Source: Trypethelium eluteriae
Lineage: Eukaryota
DNA length: 50,122 bases
Assembly: GCA_051942245.1 (NCBI GenBank)
Contig: JAVECL010000118.1
Span: forward strand, 1-50,122
Reading direction: 5' to 3'
Every line of letters starts with the position of its first letter. Position 1 is the first letter of the stretch. The notes under the pieces were generated by a model that did not search any database, was not told where the DNA came from, and worked only from the letters and a program-made list of their open reading frames with translations. Positions 1 to 10,970 of this stretch are shown here, piece by piece. The translations under genes and the position numbers were made by a program.

Positions 1-302
1 GCGTGGGAGTGGGGATGGAGCGCGAGAGCGAGGAGGAGGTGGGGCAAGAGGGGAATGGAGAAGCTGGTGGAGAGAGGGATGGAGATGGAGACCAAGATCA
101 AGATGGGGATGGCGAGGGCGAGGTGCAAGAAGAGGATTTAGAGCCTGTCTTAGTCACTGCGGATGATTTGGCGAAACTGGGGTTGGACAGCTGGAGCGCG
201 TCGGATAAGGCGTTTGTAGAGGAAGCGATGCGGTTATGGTTTGGACGGGAGGCGGACGTTAAGACGAGCGGCGTGGAGTGTTGTGGGGTGAGGATACTGT
301 AA
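1..302 (+). CDS. 3' end of a conserved fungal protein, probably DUF4484/DENND11(LCHN)-like; truncated at the window start
   Basis: Acidic linker, then DDLAKLGLDSWSASDKAFVEE...WFGREADV...ECCGVRIL*. This C-terminus resembles the family from memory; not verified by search. Confidence 0.55.
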   Translation, partial: VGVGMERESEEEVGQEGNGEAGGERDGDGDQDQDGDGEGEVQEEDLEPVLVTADDLAKLGLDSWSASDKAFVEEAMRLWFGREADVKTSGVECCGVRIL

Positions 303-400
303 GAGGAGAAAAGTTGGGGCGAGTATCGAAGAGCTAGCATTGCATGGAGTAATGCTCTGGAATTGCGGAGGACTGTTGATACCTTCGAGTCTATACTGGC

Positions 401-855
401 CTACAATCGACTAGCAAAACCACCAATAGGATGCATCGCAACGACCTGTAGCGGCTTCACCAGCAGATCTTCACTTTGAATCGCCTTCCCGAGCCTCTTG
501 TAGATGTCCGAGCTCGCATGCTTTTCCAGTCCGGCTTTGCCCGTATATCTTCAAAGCATAACGTTAGTACTGTTGCTACTCGTCCCTTAGCGGACCTTTC
601 GGCCGTATGTCTACTGACGTTTCAATTACAACGAACTCGGGCGTATCCTTCTTGATCTGTCGGTGCACCTGGTATCTGAGTGTATCAGGCTCATTCTCCT
701 TCGCATGAGCGGAAACTTCCAAGAGGAGCTGCTCCACCTGAAATTTTGTCCGTGTCAACATTGGATAGATTAATGACCCATGCTTCCTATCAACATACCC
801 TAGCCTGTTTCCTTGGTTTCGGACTGATAATTGCAACCACTTCGAGGTTCGGCAT
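401..855 (-). CDS. Small ABM (antibiotic biosynthesis monooxygenase)/dimeric alpha-beta barrel protein, 3 exons
   Basis: Spliced by eye: MPNLEVVAIISPKPRKQAR | VEQLLLEVSAHAKENEPDTLRYQVHRQ...FVVIET | YTGKAGLEKHASSDIYK...GGFASRL*. Both introns are GT-AG. The EPxTLxY...ExY...H pattern is typical of ABM proteins. Confidence 0.8.
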
Positions 856-1084
856 ACTGACAGGATCGTTTTGCGCAAGCTTCTTATGGGACGGAAGTAT
901 CAAAAAGGCAAAAGTCGGAGAAGACGCCACTACGCAAATTTTCCGTATGTCTGGTTATTAGGGGGTAAATTTGTGAGAATTGCATAGAGGACTCGAAACT
1001 GCCCATTTGCAAGGACCTCGGCAAAAATCCCCTCAAGACGCCAATATCGTGTACTCCTTACCGCGGTCGGGGAGTTCCTCAACC

Positions 1085-1207
1085 GGTAATAAATACAATG
1101 TTATTTCAATCTTGCTGTGATGGCCATGTTTGCCCATGTTAATGCCGCTTTAACATGGGCCAACATGGTCATAGCAGCAAGATTGAAATAACATTGTATT
1201 TATTACC
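1085..1207. repeat. Long inverted repeat (58-bp arms, 7-nt loop)
   Basis: 1085-1142 is the reverse complement of 1150-1207 with 4 mismatches; loop tgccgct. Confidence 0.95.
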
Positions 1208-1576
1208 AGTCGAAACCCACCCCTCTCTCCGCCGTGAGCTAGTTACGAAGAGAACCATCGGCTTAAGGGTCGCGCCCCTTCGCCCTAAAGCCACGGGAAG
1301 CGATGAGACATTCGTGATAGCCAGGTTGTCTTAAAAATGACGTCCTAGTGCAGACGGATAAGCCCCGCTGCACTATTTTAGAGTCTTCCTTGGCGAAGGG
1401 ATTGACAGAAGCACGAGAGGACAACATTCGGTAGACACAAAATTCGGCTTGACTCATTGCGGCGTGGCATCTGTCAATGAGTCAACAGCCACGAAGACTA
1501 AGCATTTAAGGAGATTGAAGTTGGTCGAGGATCACGATCAAGATCCTCCCGTCCGAAATCAAGACAGTTTATCAAA

Positions 1577-2400
1577 ATGCATATCAGACCAACAGCCAGT
1601 GCAGATATATATGATGTTAGCATACTGGCCGACTTAGCGTTCCAGGATGAGGAATTCTGGCGATGGCTGACGCCCGGGATGTACAATTATCCAAATGATC
1701 GCAGCCGGTTCTATCGCCTTCGGACGCGCGGAAGAGCGGTAACGAAGGGAGGATGCATCTCCCTGGTGGCCGTGACGGACGACAGTGATCCTGAATGGAG
1801 TGGTAAGGAGGAGATAGTTGGATATGCCTTCTGGAAGCGTCAAGGTACAAGCGAGCAAGCGAAGAAATGGCAGAAGGAACCGTGGGGCAGCAGTACGTCT
1901 GCCTTGTTTGTACGCGTGATCAAGATGGATCGCTGATCGAAAAAGCAGTTCTTGAACGTAACCTGCTATGGGTTGAGCTACAATATGAAAGGCTTATCAA
2001 CCGAGCTGTAGACTTTAAGAGATGGGATAACATGATCACAGCGTTCGGGTCCCTGCAGAGTCAGACCGACTTTCCAGAGCAGTGGCACTGTACCGTCCTC
2101 GGGGTTTCACCTAAATACCGGAGACGTGGCATAGGATCGCTCTTGTTGAATTGGGGCTTAGAAAAGGCTCGAGAAGAGAGTGTTCCCGCAGTGCTGGAAG
2201 CGACACCTGCCGGCGTGGCGCTGTATGAGAAAACCGGATTCAAGCCCGTCCTAGAGGTCGGGCCCGAAGACACGCCGGAGTATTTCTTGACTATCATGAT
2301 CTGGGAGCCCGAAGAGCTGCAAGGGCAGTGGCTGACGGAGGAAGCGATACAGCGGTCTCGAGATCGGCTACGGGAAGCTCCGGTGGTGATCAGAACCTGA
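1577..2400 (+). CDS. GNAT-family N-acetyltransferase, 2 exons
   Basis: ORFs 1577-1936 and 1867-2400 are joined by a GTACGT...AAGCAG intron (~1893-1948). Acetyl-CoA motif LGVSPKYRRRGIGSLL and LEATPAGVALYEKTGF. Confidence 0.9.
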
Positions 2401-2719
2401 AAGAAATTGATGAAACCTGAGTCAGATGATGGCGTACACATGCAAGTAGCCTTGAAGGTTTCACCGTCTCCAGGTCCGCCGAAGCGAGGATGCAGAGGGA
2501 CGAGAGAGTAATTTACGACAGGATAGCAGACCAGCTAGTTAGGTTATGAATCCTTACTGAAATAGGTAGATTAAGCCATCCGCAAAGGACGGGCCGGGCC
2601 ATGCCATAATATCCCAAGCACCCACGGCACCCAAGGTGAGGGAATCCCACGGTTCCAGCCTTCCTTAGCTTCTTGCTAGGGCTGATCATTCTTTCTCTCC
2701 CGGTCCCTCAGACCACTTT

Positions 2720-2750
2720 GCCTGCCCACGCCTGCCCACGCCTGCCCCAC
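2720..2750. repeat. Three tandem copies of a 10-bp unit (gcctgcccac) upstream of pyrG
   Basis: Directly visible: gcctgcccacgcctgcccacgcctgccccac. Confidence 0.8.
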
Positions 2751-2967
2751 ATGCAAGGTTGACTTGACGGCCTTGACTGGGGGCACAACACGAAAAGATG
2801 CCGATATGAATTGCGTGCCAAAACCGAGCCTTACCCTCCACTGGGCCTACCATGACTGCTCTTATCAGCTCACATAATTGACTGCATCCTCTTGCTCTTC
2901 TTCTTGTACCGAGTACTTCTCTTGACCTGGACCTGAATTCTCTTCGTCAGCCTCGTCGCTTGTGAAG

Positions 2968-4233
2968 ATGGCGTCCTCTTCGAAACATCCGACCAGGAAT
3001 CAACCCTACGAGAACCGTTCCAATCTAAACGACACGAATCCCTTGACTGCTTACCTCTTCCGTTTGATGGTCATAAAGCGAAGCAATCTCTGCGTCTCCG
3101 CCGACGTGACCACGACGAACCAACTCCTCGAGCTCGCCGAAGAAGTAGGCGACTCCATCGTCCTCCTCAAGACCCACGCCGACATCATCTCCGATTTCGC
3201 CGAGCGCACCATCAGAGGCCTGCGTGACATCGCAGCCCGCAAGCACTTCATCGTCTTCGAAGACCGCAAGTTCGGCGACATCGGCAGCACCGTCCAGAAA
3301 CAATATGTCGGCGGGCCCCTCTCCATCGTCCGCTGGGCCCCCATCGTCAACGCCCACATCTTCCCCGGCCCAGCCATCATCACCGCGTTGAAGGAAGCCG
3401 CGGAGCACGCCCTCTCCGGCTACAACGCCGCCGTCTCCACCGAGATCTCCGCCGACGAGCTCGAAGCCCACAACTACCCGCACGACTCACCCATCGCCTC
3501 CGCCTCCTCCTCCTCATCCTCCGACCCCCACAGCGCCAACACCGGCTACCCGGGCGCCGCCACCAGCAGCAGCAGCGCCAGCGCCAGCACCGCCGCCCCT
3601 GCGCGTCCCACGCCGAACCGCGTCCCGAGCGAGAACGTGGTGGATTCGGACGACGGCTCCGAGGGTGCCATCACGGCGCAGCACCGCAAGCCGAGCATCA
3701 TCTCCGTCTCGTCGAGCATCACGACGCGCTACGAGCACATCGCGCCACCCCCTTCCCCCGGGCCCAAGATCCCGTTGCGGCATCAGGGTGAGTCTGTGAG
3801 CTCGGCGATTGAGCGGCTGGGTTCGCCGCCGTTAGGGCGTGCACTGCTGCTTTTGGCGCAGATGAGTAGCGAGGGCAATTTGTTGACGGGGGAGTATACG
3901 CAGCGGTGTGCGCAGATGGCGAGGGGCCATCGGGAGTTTGTGATGGGGTTTATAGCGCAGGAGAGCTTGAATAGGGAGCCGGCGGATAATTTTATTACGT
4001 TGACGCCTGGGGTGAGTTTGGTGGGAAAGGGGGATGGGTTGGGGCAGCAGTACAATGGACCCGACAAGGTGATCAAGGATGCGGGGAGCGATGTTATCAT
4101 CGTGGGGAGAGGAATTCTGATCGCGGAAGATAGGGCGGAAGAGGCGGAGAAGTATCGTGCGGCGGGGTGGAGGGCTTATGAGGAGAGGGTAGGGTCAAGA
4201 AAGGTTGGGGGGAGATTGAGAGATGGAAGTTGA
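2968..4233 (+). CDS. pyrG: Orotidine-5'-phosphate decarboxylase, intronless, with a long low-complexity insertion
   Basis: Motifs SNLCVSAD, LLKTHAD, FEDRKFGDIGSTV (DxKxxD active site), TPGV...GDGLGQQY and DVIIVGRGI. First ATG at 2968. Confidence 0.97.
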   Translation: MASSSKHPTRNQPYENRSNLNDTNPLTAYLFRLMVIKRSNLCVSADVTTTNQLLELAEEVGDSIVLLKTHADIISDFAERTIRGLRDIAARKHFIVFEDRKFGDIGSTVQKQYVGGPLSIVRWAPIVNAHIFPGPAIITALKEAAEHALSGYNAAVSTEISADELEAHNYPHDSPIASASSSSSSDPHSANTGYPGAATSSSSASASTAAPARPTPNRVPSENVVDSDDGSEGAITAQHRKPSIISVSSSITTRYEHIAPPPSPGPKIPLRHQGESVSSAIERLGSPPLGRALLLLAQMSSEGNLLTGEYTQRCAQMARGHREFVMGFIAQESLNREPADNFITLTPGVSLVGKGDGLGQQYNGPDKVIKDAGSDVIIVGRGILIAEDRAEEAEKYRAAGWRAYEERVGSRKVGGRLRDGS

Positions 4234-4625
4234 ATGAACGACCGGTAAGCCCATGGAAATTGAAACTACAGAACAGGAGGTGGAAATTGGGAGGAGCCAG
4301 AGGTCAAGAGGAGCAATGGAGCATGGAATGCGTGGTGGAGGAAACGGGGGCTCGATGCTAAACAATCATCGACAATGGGGGATTTTCAGGGCGGCTTCGA
4401 CCCAACGATCTCCGATTTGTTGAGTGGCCTTTCTATCTCACCATGGAGTATTGACAGGTCACAGATCTCATAACTCTCATCTCTTACGATCAGACCCGGC
4501 GTCATCAATCGCTTCAAGATAGCCAATACCCATGAACTCCATAAGAGTTTCAGAGTCTTTCTTATCCACACTGCTTCGCACTAGACGAATATTCCTGGCT
4601 TGCAACTGCTCCTGTTGGAAGCCTC

Positions 4626-6682
4626 CTAAGAAGTCTCTTTCTCTATCGCCTCTTTCTTTTCTTGTGCTTCCACAATGCTTTGGCTCCGCCCATCAACAAT
4701 TCCCTCTATCTGGAGTCCCTCAGCTTCCAATGCCCTCTCCTGGCTCTTGCTCAGATCGTCCAAATTCAGCGTGATCTTTGGTCCTTTGAACCTTCACACT
4801 TTTGTCAGCGGTCTCCAAAATCACGAAGTATTCAGGTAGACATACCATTTCCTTGCATCAATATAATAGTATAACAAAGCTCCACCCCACACCGCACAAT
4901 TGATGACTACCGTGTAGTTCATGTTCTGCGAAGTTGGATTCGGGCCTTCCACTGGAAACATACACAGCACAATTCCAAAGACCAAAAACACAATCGCTGT
5001 CCATGCAATCGGCACAGACAATTTTCCAGTATAGAAAGGTCCAGGCTTGAATTTCTCCTGACCCCAAACAACACGGCAGAAGATGGGTACGCCCCAGGCG
5101 AGGTTGTTGCCTGCTACAGCAAGAGAGAAAAGTGCTTGGGCGGCAGCAGTCGCAATCAAACAGAGGAGGCCGAGGATTGCAGCCAGAAAGACGCAGCCCC
5201 AGACGGCACGGAGGGGGATGTAGCCAAAGGTTTTGGAAATAGGCCGGAAGAAGGTGGAGAATGGAAGAGCGCCGTCGCGAGAAAATGCTGTTGTAAGCAA
5301 TCAGATGTGCATCTTGGCTGGCAGATTATCATGGAAAGAGGGGCAAAGGGCTAAAATAAAGGGGAAGGAAGACGTACCCCAGCTTTGTCGACTTGCTGCC
5401 ACCACAATACTAATCCCCATCATGAATTGGACGATAAATAACAGGGTCATCAGACCTAGTGCGCCTTTCTTCCCTAGAGCGTCATAGTATATCTGTGCCA
5501 TCGGCTGCCCAAATTCACTTCCGAGCACGTTTTCCAAGTTGGAGTCAATGCATGCCGCAAGCACGATCATGATGACAAAGCCAAAAAGCCAGCAGGAGCC
5601 GATACTCATCAGAATTCCCTGCGGCACCGCCTTGGTCGCATTCGACGCCTCCTCGCTCATATGCACACAGCTGTCGAACGCCCCAATTGTCCAAATTGGG
5701 CTCAGCCAAGACAGCATAAATGCCCAACCCGTGGGCCATGACGTCAAATTCTGCGTCTCCCCAAAGATATACCCTCTGGAATTTCGCTGGTTGGCTCTTC
5801 CTACCGGCAATGCAATGATCGTGGCTACAATCAGCACGAAATTCATCACCACAAAAACCGTCTGCAGGCGTCCCATTACACGCTGGCCCAGCGTCGCGAT
5901 GACGCCGTGGAGCAGCACGCAGCCTAGAAACACGGCGTACACAACACCGTTGCTAGGCGTCCAGGTGCCATCCTTGGCAATGACGATGACGGAGAGGAAC
6001 ATGAGGGCGAAGCCGTAGTCGATGCTGCAGAGCCCCCCAACGAGACCAAGCGTGTTGGAGTAGCCGACGAGGAAGGAGAGCGGGTTGCGGGTGGAGGGCG
6101 AAGCGAAGTAGTGCGTCCACCAGTAGAGGCCGCCGGATGTGGGCATGGCGCTACCAAGATCCGCCATGGCGACGCCGACGATGAAGATGAAGGTCGAGGC
6201 AAGGAACCAGCCCTGGGAGGAGAGAAGGGTGTTAGCAAAGACAAGATCAAAAGGGGGAGGACGTACCCAAACCATGCCGACTGGACCTGAGCCGTGGTGT
6301 TAGAAGGTATGTATACTGTAAATAAGTGAAGGGGAGAGAGCTCACCTGCAGGTATTGAGTATGAAAGTGTTGAAGCAATCGAGGGCAGGAGACCCATTAT
6401 AGAAAATGCGATGCCTTATGTCAGATCCGTCATTAATCTCGCGGTGTTGAATGCCGTTTGCTCTTCGTGACATACCAAAGACTTCAAGAGTTGAGAAATT
6501 TCTTCGAAGCTCTTGCTTGTATCCCAATTTCGCTACTCGATACGTGAGCTACTCATCTCCATCGGGATTGAGCATCAGGAATTCCCACCCAAAACAGCAG
6601 CGTCTTCATCGCTTGCCAATCCCTCCGCCAGTGCGGAGCCTCTCCGTCCTTCCTCTCCAATTTTCTCTTCGGCCGTGTCCAT
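4626..6682 (-). CDS. APC-superfamily amino-acid permease (GABA/choline, UGA4-like), multi-exon
   Basis: MDTAEEK... start; GYKQELRRNFSTLEVFG; MADLGSAMPTSGGLYWW; FDSCVHMSEEA; AFSRDGALPFS; last exon W-FKGPKITL...ETS*. Many TM segments. Confidence 0.92.
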
Positions 6683-7892
6683 GTGCAATGGACACTCTAG
6701 CAAACGCAATGCGATATGGTGAGGAACGAGATGTATCAGACAGGAAAGAAGTAGGTGACTGCGAAATGTTTAAGAATACGAGAGCTAACCTTGTTGATCG
6801 CCGCATCTGCAGCTTTTCTACGCATCCTGGGCATCACGCAGGCACGGCAAGCAATCAGAATCCTTGCGGTCTCTGAGAACTCTGGTGCCATGATAGCGGT
6901 GATAGAAGTGAAGGCCACGCGGGGAGAAGCCGCGGTAATTGGCCGCCTGAGGCGAAGATAAGGTCGCGAGATGTTGAAGGGCAGCCCTATGGCTTACACA
7001 CTGCATGACTGGCCTGACCGAAAGGTCTGTACGGGTCTAGGTCTGTTCACTCCGAACCTAGTCATATTGTAGTGCGATGAATGCCAAGGATGATAGGCAC
7101 TTACGCTTGGGGTTTAGGACTTGGAGCGCCAGAAAACATCCCATCAAGCGCGGAACTCAAAACCCTATCTCATTTGCATTGCGCGGAAGGATTCCGTTGC
7201 TGTGTCCATCTTTTCGTACCACCATCAAGAGGGTGCAATGAGAAATGTCGGCAGAGCATAAAAGACTCAACAATTTACTGATGGCCACCTAAACTGAGTA
7301 AAGCTCTGGCATGGGTTTCAGGGAAATAAGATCTTGATTAGCTTAGAGCTCGTGCACTTTTCCTCCATCCCAAGAAAGTCTCCGATTGTACTTCATTATC
7401 AAGGTAACGCGATTTCTATCGGTCAAGTACACGGGCACCATTTTGGAAATGCTATCGCGGCTAGCGACAGCTGTAAATCAGTAGCTCATCCGTCTCACTG
7501 AAGCAGTAATTTCCTGGCACAGTGCGTTTCGTCATAATTTGTCACTCGGAGGATGAGCAACTGAAGATTGACAAAAGCTAACAGTTATTGATCTCGTCAT
7601 TATGCAGCACTGTAGACAACGTCGAAGTAACTATTCGTTAAGGCATGGTGATTCGATTGGTCTATTCCAGGCACTCAATGCGATGTTTTGTATCTAAGAT
7701 AGGTAGTGTTTACGATACCGTAGAGTAGCAGGCTTTTATCAGACACGTAAGCGGGTGCTTTGCGCGATCGCTATGGCCAGGATTTAAGTTTCCACCTCCA
7801 CGTATCTGCACACGCTACCTTCCTATGAAACCACATCGGCCTTCGTTCGAGGATACTAAATAGCAGACGCCAAGTGTTTTCCTTTCAACACT

Positions 7893-7915
7893 GTAGGTAG
7901 GTAGGTAGGTAGGTA
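7893..7915. repeat. (GTAG)5 microsatellite
   Basis: gtaggtaggtaggtaggtaggta. Confidence 0.85.
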
Positions 7916-8891
7916 TGCATTTTGCACCACACTCTCAGTGCAGCTAGGACCGCCACGCATTGTGTTGCGTCACCATTGAGTTTTGAAAGGATGGAAGCTC
8001 TTATTGTTGGGTCACAACAACCTCAAGGCTGAGCAGTACTTTCCTTTCTACGAACGATCAAGCAAGCCCCGATCTTGTTGGAAACAACACCTTGCTCTTG
8101 CGCTCTGTAACCACTAGAAGGCCAGATGATACGGATGTGGCCAGTTACTGGGCTTCAAGATCTCTTCAATCCGGTGAATCGTCCTCGAAGCTTAGCCGGT
8201 TGGTTCAAAACAATGTCACGCTGTTGGTATACTTCTTAGCGGCAACCCTTTTTATGAGCTCTGAAATGATCAGGGCCACGAAAAGGCCTGAAACTGGCCC
8301 AAGCTTAAAGTCTCATCGCATGCCTAGCCGGATAGAGTTCCGAACATCATCTTTGGCCCCAATAGGATTATTGCGATCTCCCTCTAAGCCGCTCCATATC
8401 CCCTATTGTCAATTTTTCAGCTACTCGCTGTATTCACATTTGGAAGGATTAGCGAACGCCGACTCCCTTACAAAGGACCGCCGAAGCCTAATCTCGCTAC
8501 CAGATGCGCCTCAATGGCATATTCAGTATGAAATTTCTTGGAGGCCCTCAGACGATGTATTGCGATTTGGAGGCTCAGGAGCGGTGGCTGAGCTCCTTCA
8601 TAAACAAAGATCTACTAGTACGTAAGGATCTGCGAACTCCGACACAATAGATCACCGAAGCCTCCCTAGACTCCATATCGGGGTCGCTTCGGTGGTGTAT
8701 TTGACCATCCATCTTCGTGGAGGCCTGCAGAAGATAAAGCACTACGCCATCTCTTCACTTTTTCAATCAATTCCCTTTTATTTCTCAGTAGTGTATTCTA
8801 ATAGTATCAATCTGCTTAAAGGCCCGCAGACGGCACTCAATCTGTCAAATTACTTTCCTTTCCTTCCAGCTATATCACCCACAACGCAAGC

Positions 8892-10970
8892 ATGCGCCTT
8901 CCTTATTTGCTCTATAGCCTTTTGCTCCAGCCTATTGCTGCTGTTGAGTGGGCACAACAACCGGCTCCCTATCAACGCCCGGAAGGCTCAGACCTCATTG
9001 ATGACAATTACTTCGTCCGCTTGAAACCAGGATATACTTTCGACCAACACTGGACAAAGATAGGCATGAACCTCTCGCAGACGGACCCAGACTTTGTGGA
9101 TCTTTCCAATATGAACGGCTATGCGGCAAAGATCGACAACTCCACCCTTCACGATGTCATTCGCCATGATCCAGGTGTTGCAAATGTCGAACATGACCAT
9201 TGGGTTCAGGCTAATTTTGATACCGATCATGGCTTCACCAAAGGCTCTGTGAAACAACGCGGGAAACGCTGGATCAAAGAGGTCATGCAAAATCTTAACT
9301 GGCCTGCCTATATGATCACATCCAGGACTAAACAGAGTAACATTCAAGGTGGCAAATACAGGTATAACGTCGATACCGTTGGTTCGCCCGGTAAAGGAGT
9401 CGATATTTACATTCTTGATTCTGGCATTCATATTTCTCACCAAGCATTCGAAGGTCGTGCCAGCCACTTCAACGGAGCATCTCAGACGCCTTATTGCCCT
9501 CGAGGTGATAAAACTATGGACGACAATATACGGGGCCACGGAACCAAAGTCGCCAGTCTGGCTATGGGTGCAGAGTTTAGTGTCAGCCAGGCGAATGCTA
9601 TCAATGTCAAAATCTGGTGCGGCAAGGATGATAACGAGTCGGCACCCGCCTCACTACTTGCTAAGGCCATCAGCGATGTTACGAACGCGCATCGACAAAA
9701 ACAGCAGATCCGTCCTAAAGGCTGGGCTGGTTCTATAATCAACATGTCTTTACAATCTGCTCAAAGTGGTCTAATCGAAGAAGCCATTGAAACTGCAGAT
9801 AGCGCTGGGATAACGGTGGTAGTATCGGCTAACAATGCTGACAACCCCTCCAGCTCTAACACTTTTCCGTGTGCCTGGCCCTGGACGGTCTGTGTCGGTT
9901 CTATTGACAGGAATTATAAGTTCTCAGCCTTTGGAAACTACGGGAAAAGGCTAGCGGTCCTTGCGCCGGGCGAGCTTGTTCCTGTGGCGGTAAACTACAA
10001 CGATGACGGAAGCACCTCTGGGTCGGGAACCTCGCTCGCTACACCCGTTGTCTCCAGTGTCCTCTCGCACTTCATCGGCTATGAGACTATTATCTTCAAG
10101 ACTGCCACCGCCAAGCAGCGGATGAAGGATAATCTTCTGACGAACGTTGCCAGCAATGTCCCACCCCAAACGATCAATGCTGTAATCAATACCGGTATCA
10201 ATTATTGGAATAAACGGGGTCCATATATAGGATCTGATGGAGGCGAGCTCAAAGTGCGCTCTGCTGAACCCGGGGCCCCCATAGTTGGTCGAGCGCCTGC
10301 CCTCGCTGGTCGAAATGTGCAGCTCGTGCCAAGAGACTCCAATTCCAGTAACGACTCAGCAAGCACTACCATAACCACATCCTACACCTACAGCTTCACC
10401 TCCGAAACCGAGTCCGCCACCTACGAGGGTGTGCTACCTACGATGGGGCTCAACGGTACGAATGCCACCAGTACTGCTCCCACTAGCTCTCCTCCGTCCA
10501 CTTCTCCTCCCACAAGCAGTTCCACGGCTTCCTCCACGTCCTCATCCTCCTCAACCACTTCTTCCTCATCCAGTTCATCCAGCACCCCCACCCCCAGCAA
10601 CGCCATCATCGCCACGTATGATGCCATGTGTGATGACTCATCAGACTGTGCCGGTACCTACGAGGTGTATGGCTTCACTCCCGGGTCTACGCCCCCACAG
10701 CCTTGTACTACGAAAGACAAATCTATCTGGAACATGAACGTCGCGAACACGCATCCAGACGGCACGCCTGCTGACAGTACCGTCAACCTAGGCCCCTTCA
10801 CAGTGGGGAGTGCGACGAATTGCTACTACAAACAAGATAATTTTAAGCAAACACCGGGAACGCTGACGTGCGATGGTAACGTGAACGTCAATTGCCAGGG
10901 CATAGATGTTGGAAATGACTGTAATGGATACCCCAATAGTTACTGGGACTTGGGTACCTGCACGTGGTAA
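8892..10970 (+). CDS. Secreted subtilisin-like serine protease (S8) with propeptide, Ser/Thr linker and Cys-rich C-terminal domain
   Basis: Signal peptide; I9-like propeptide (YFVRLK...GYAA...PGVANVEHD); KR processing site; catalytic triad motifs ILDSGI, GHGTKVAS and SGTSLATP. Confidence 0.93.
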   Translation: MRLPYLLYSLLLQPIAAVEWAQQPAPYQRPEGSDLIDDNYFVRLKPGYTFDQHWTKIGMNLSQTDPDFVDLSNMNGYAAKIDNSTLHDVIRHDPGVANVEHDHWVQANFDTDHGFTKGSVKQRGKRWIKEVMQNLNWPAYMITSRTKQSNIQGGKYRYNVDTVGSPGKGVDIYILDSGIHISHQAFEGRASHFNGASQTPYCPRGDKTMDDNIRGHGTKVASLAMGAEFSVSQANAINVKIWCGKDDNESAPASLLAKAISDVTNAHRQKQQIRPKGWAGSIINMSLQSAQSGLIEEAIETADSAGITVVVSANNADNPSSSNTFPCAWPWTVCVGSIDRNYKFSAFGNYGKRLAVLAPGELVPVAVNYNDDGSTSGSGTSLATPVVSSVLSHFIGYETIIFKTATAKQRMKDNLLTNVASNVPPQTINAVINTGINYWNKRGPYIGSDGGELKVRSAEPGAPIVGRAPALAGRNVQLVPRDSNSSNDSASTTITTSYTYSFTSETESATYEGVLPTMGLNGTNATSTAPTSSPPSTSPPTSSSTASSTSSSSSTTSSSSSSSSTPTPSNAIIATYDAMCDDSSDCAGTYEVYGFTPGSTPPQPCTTKDKSIWNMNVANTHPDGTPADSTVNLGPFTVGSATNCYYKQDNFKQTPGTLTCDGNVNVNCQGIDVGNDCNGYPNSYWDLGTCTW

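Noticed and set aside
3025..4100. Long antisense ORFs over pyrG (also over the SDR, GPI-like and other genes)
   Set aside because: Shadow ORFs expected from GC-rich biased codon usage; no recognisable motifs.
8092..8625. 177-aa ORF upstream of the subtilase
   Set aside because: TTG start and no recognisable motif or coding-like composition.
8892..10970. Subtilase as a HET-Q2-like gasdermin-activating protease
   Set aside because: It has a signal peptide and propeptide (secreted type), and no gasdermin-like gene was recognised nearby.
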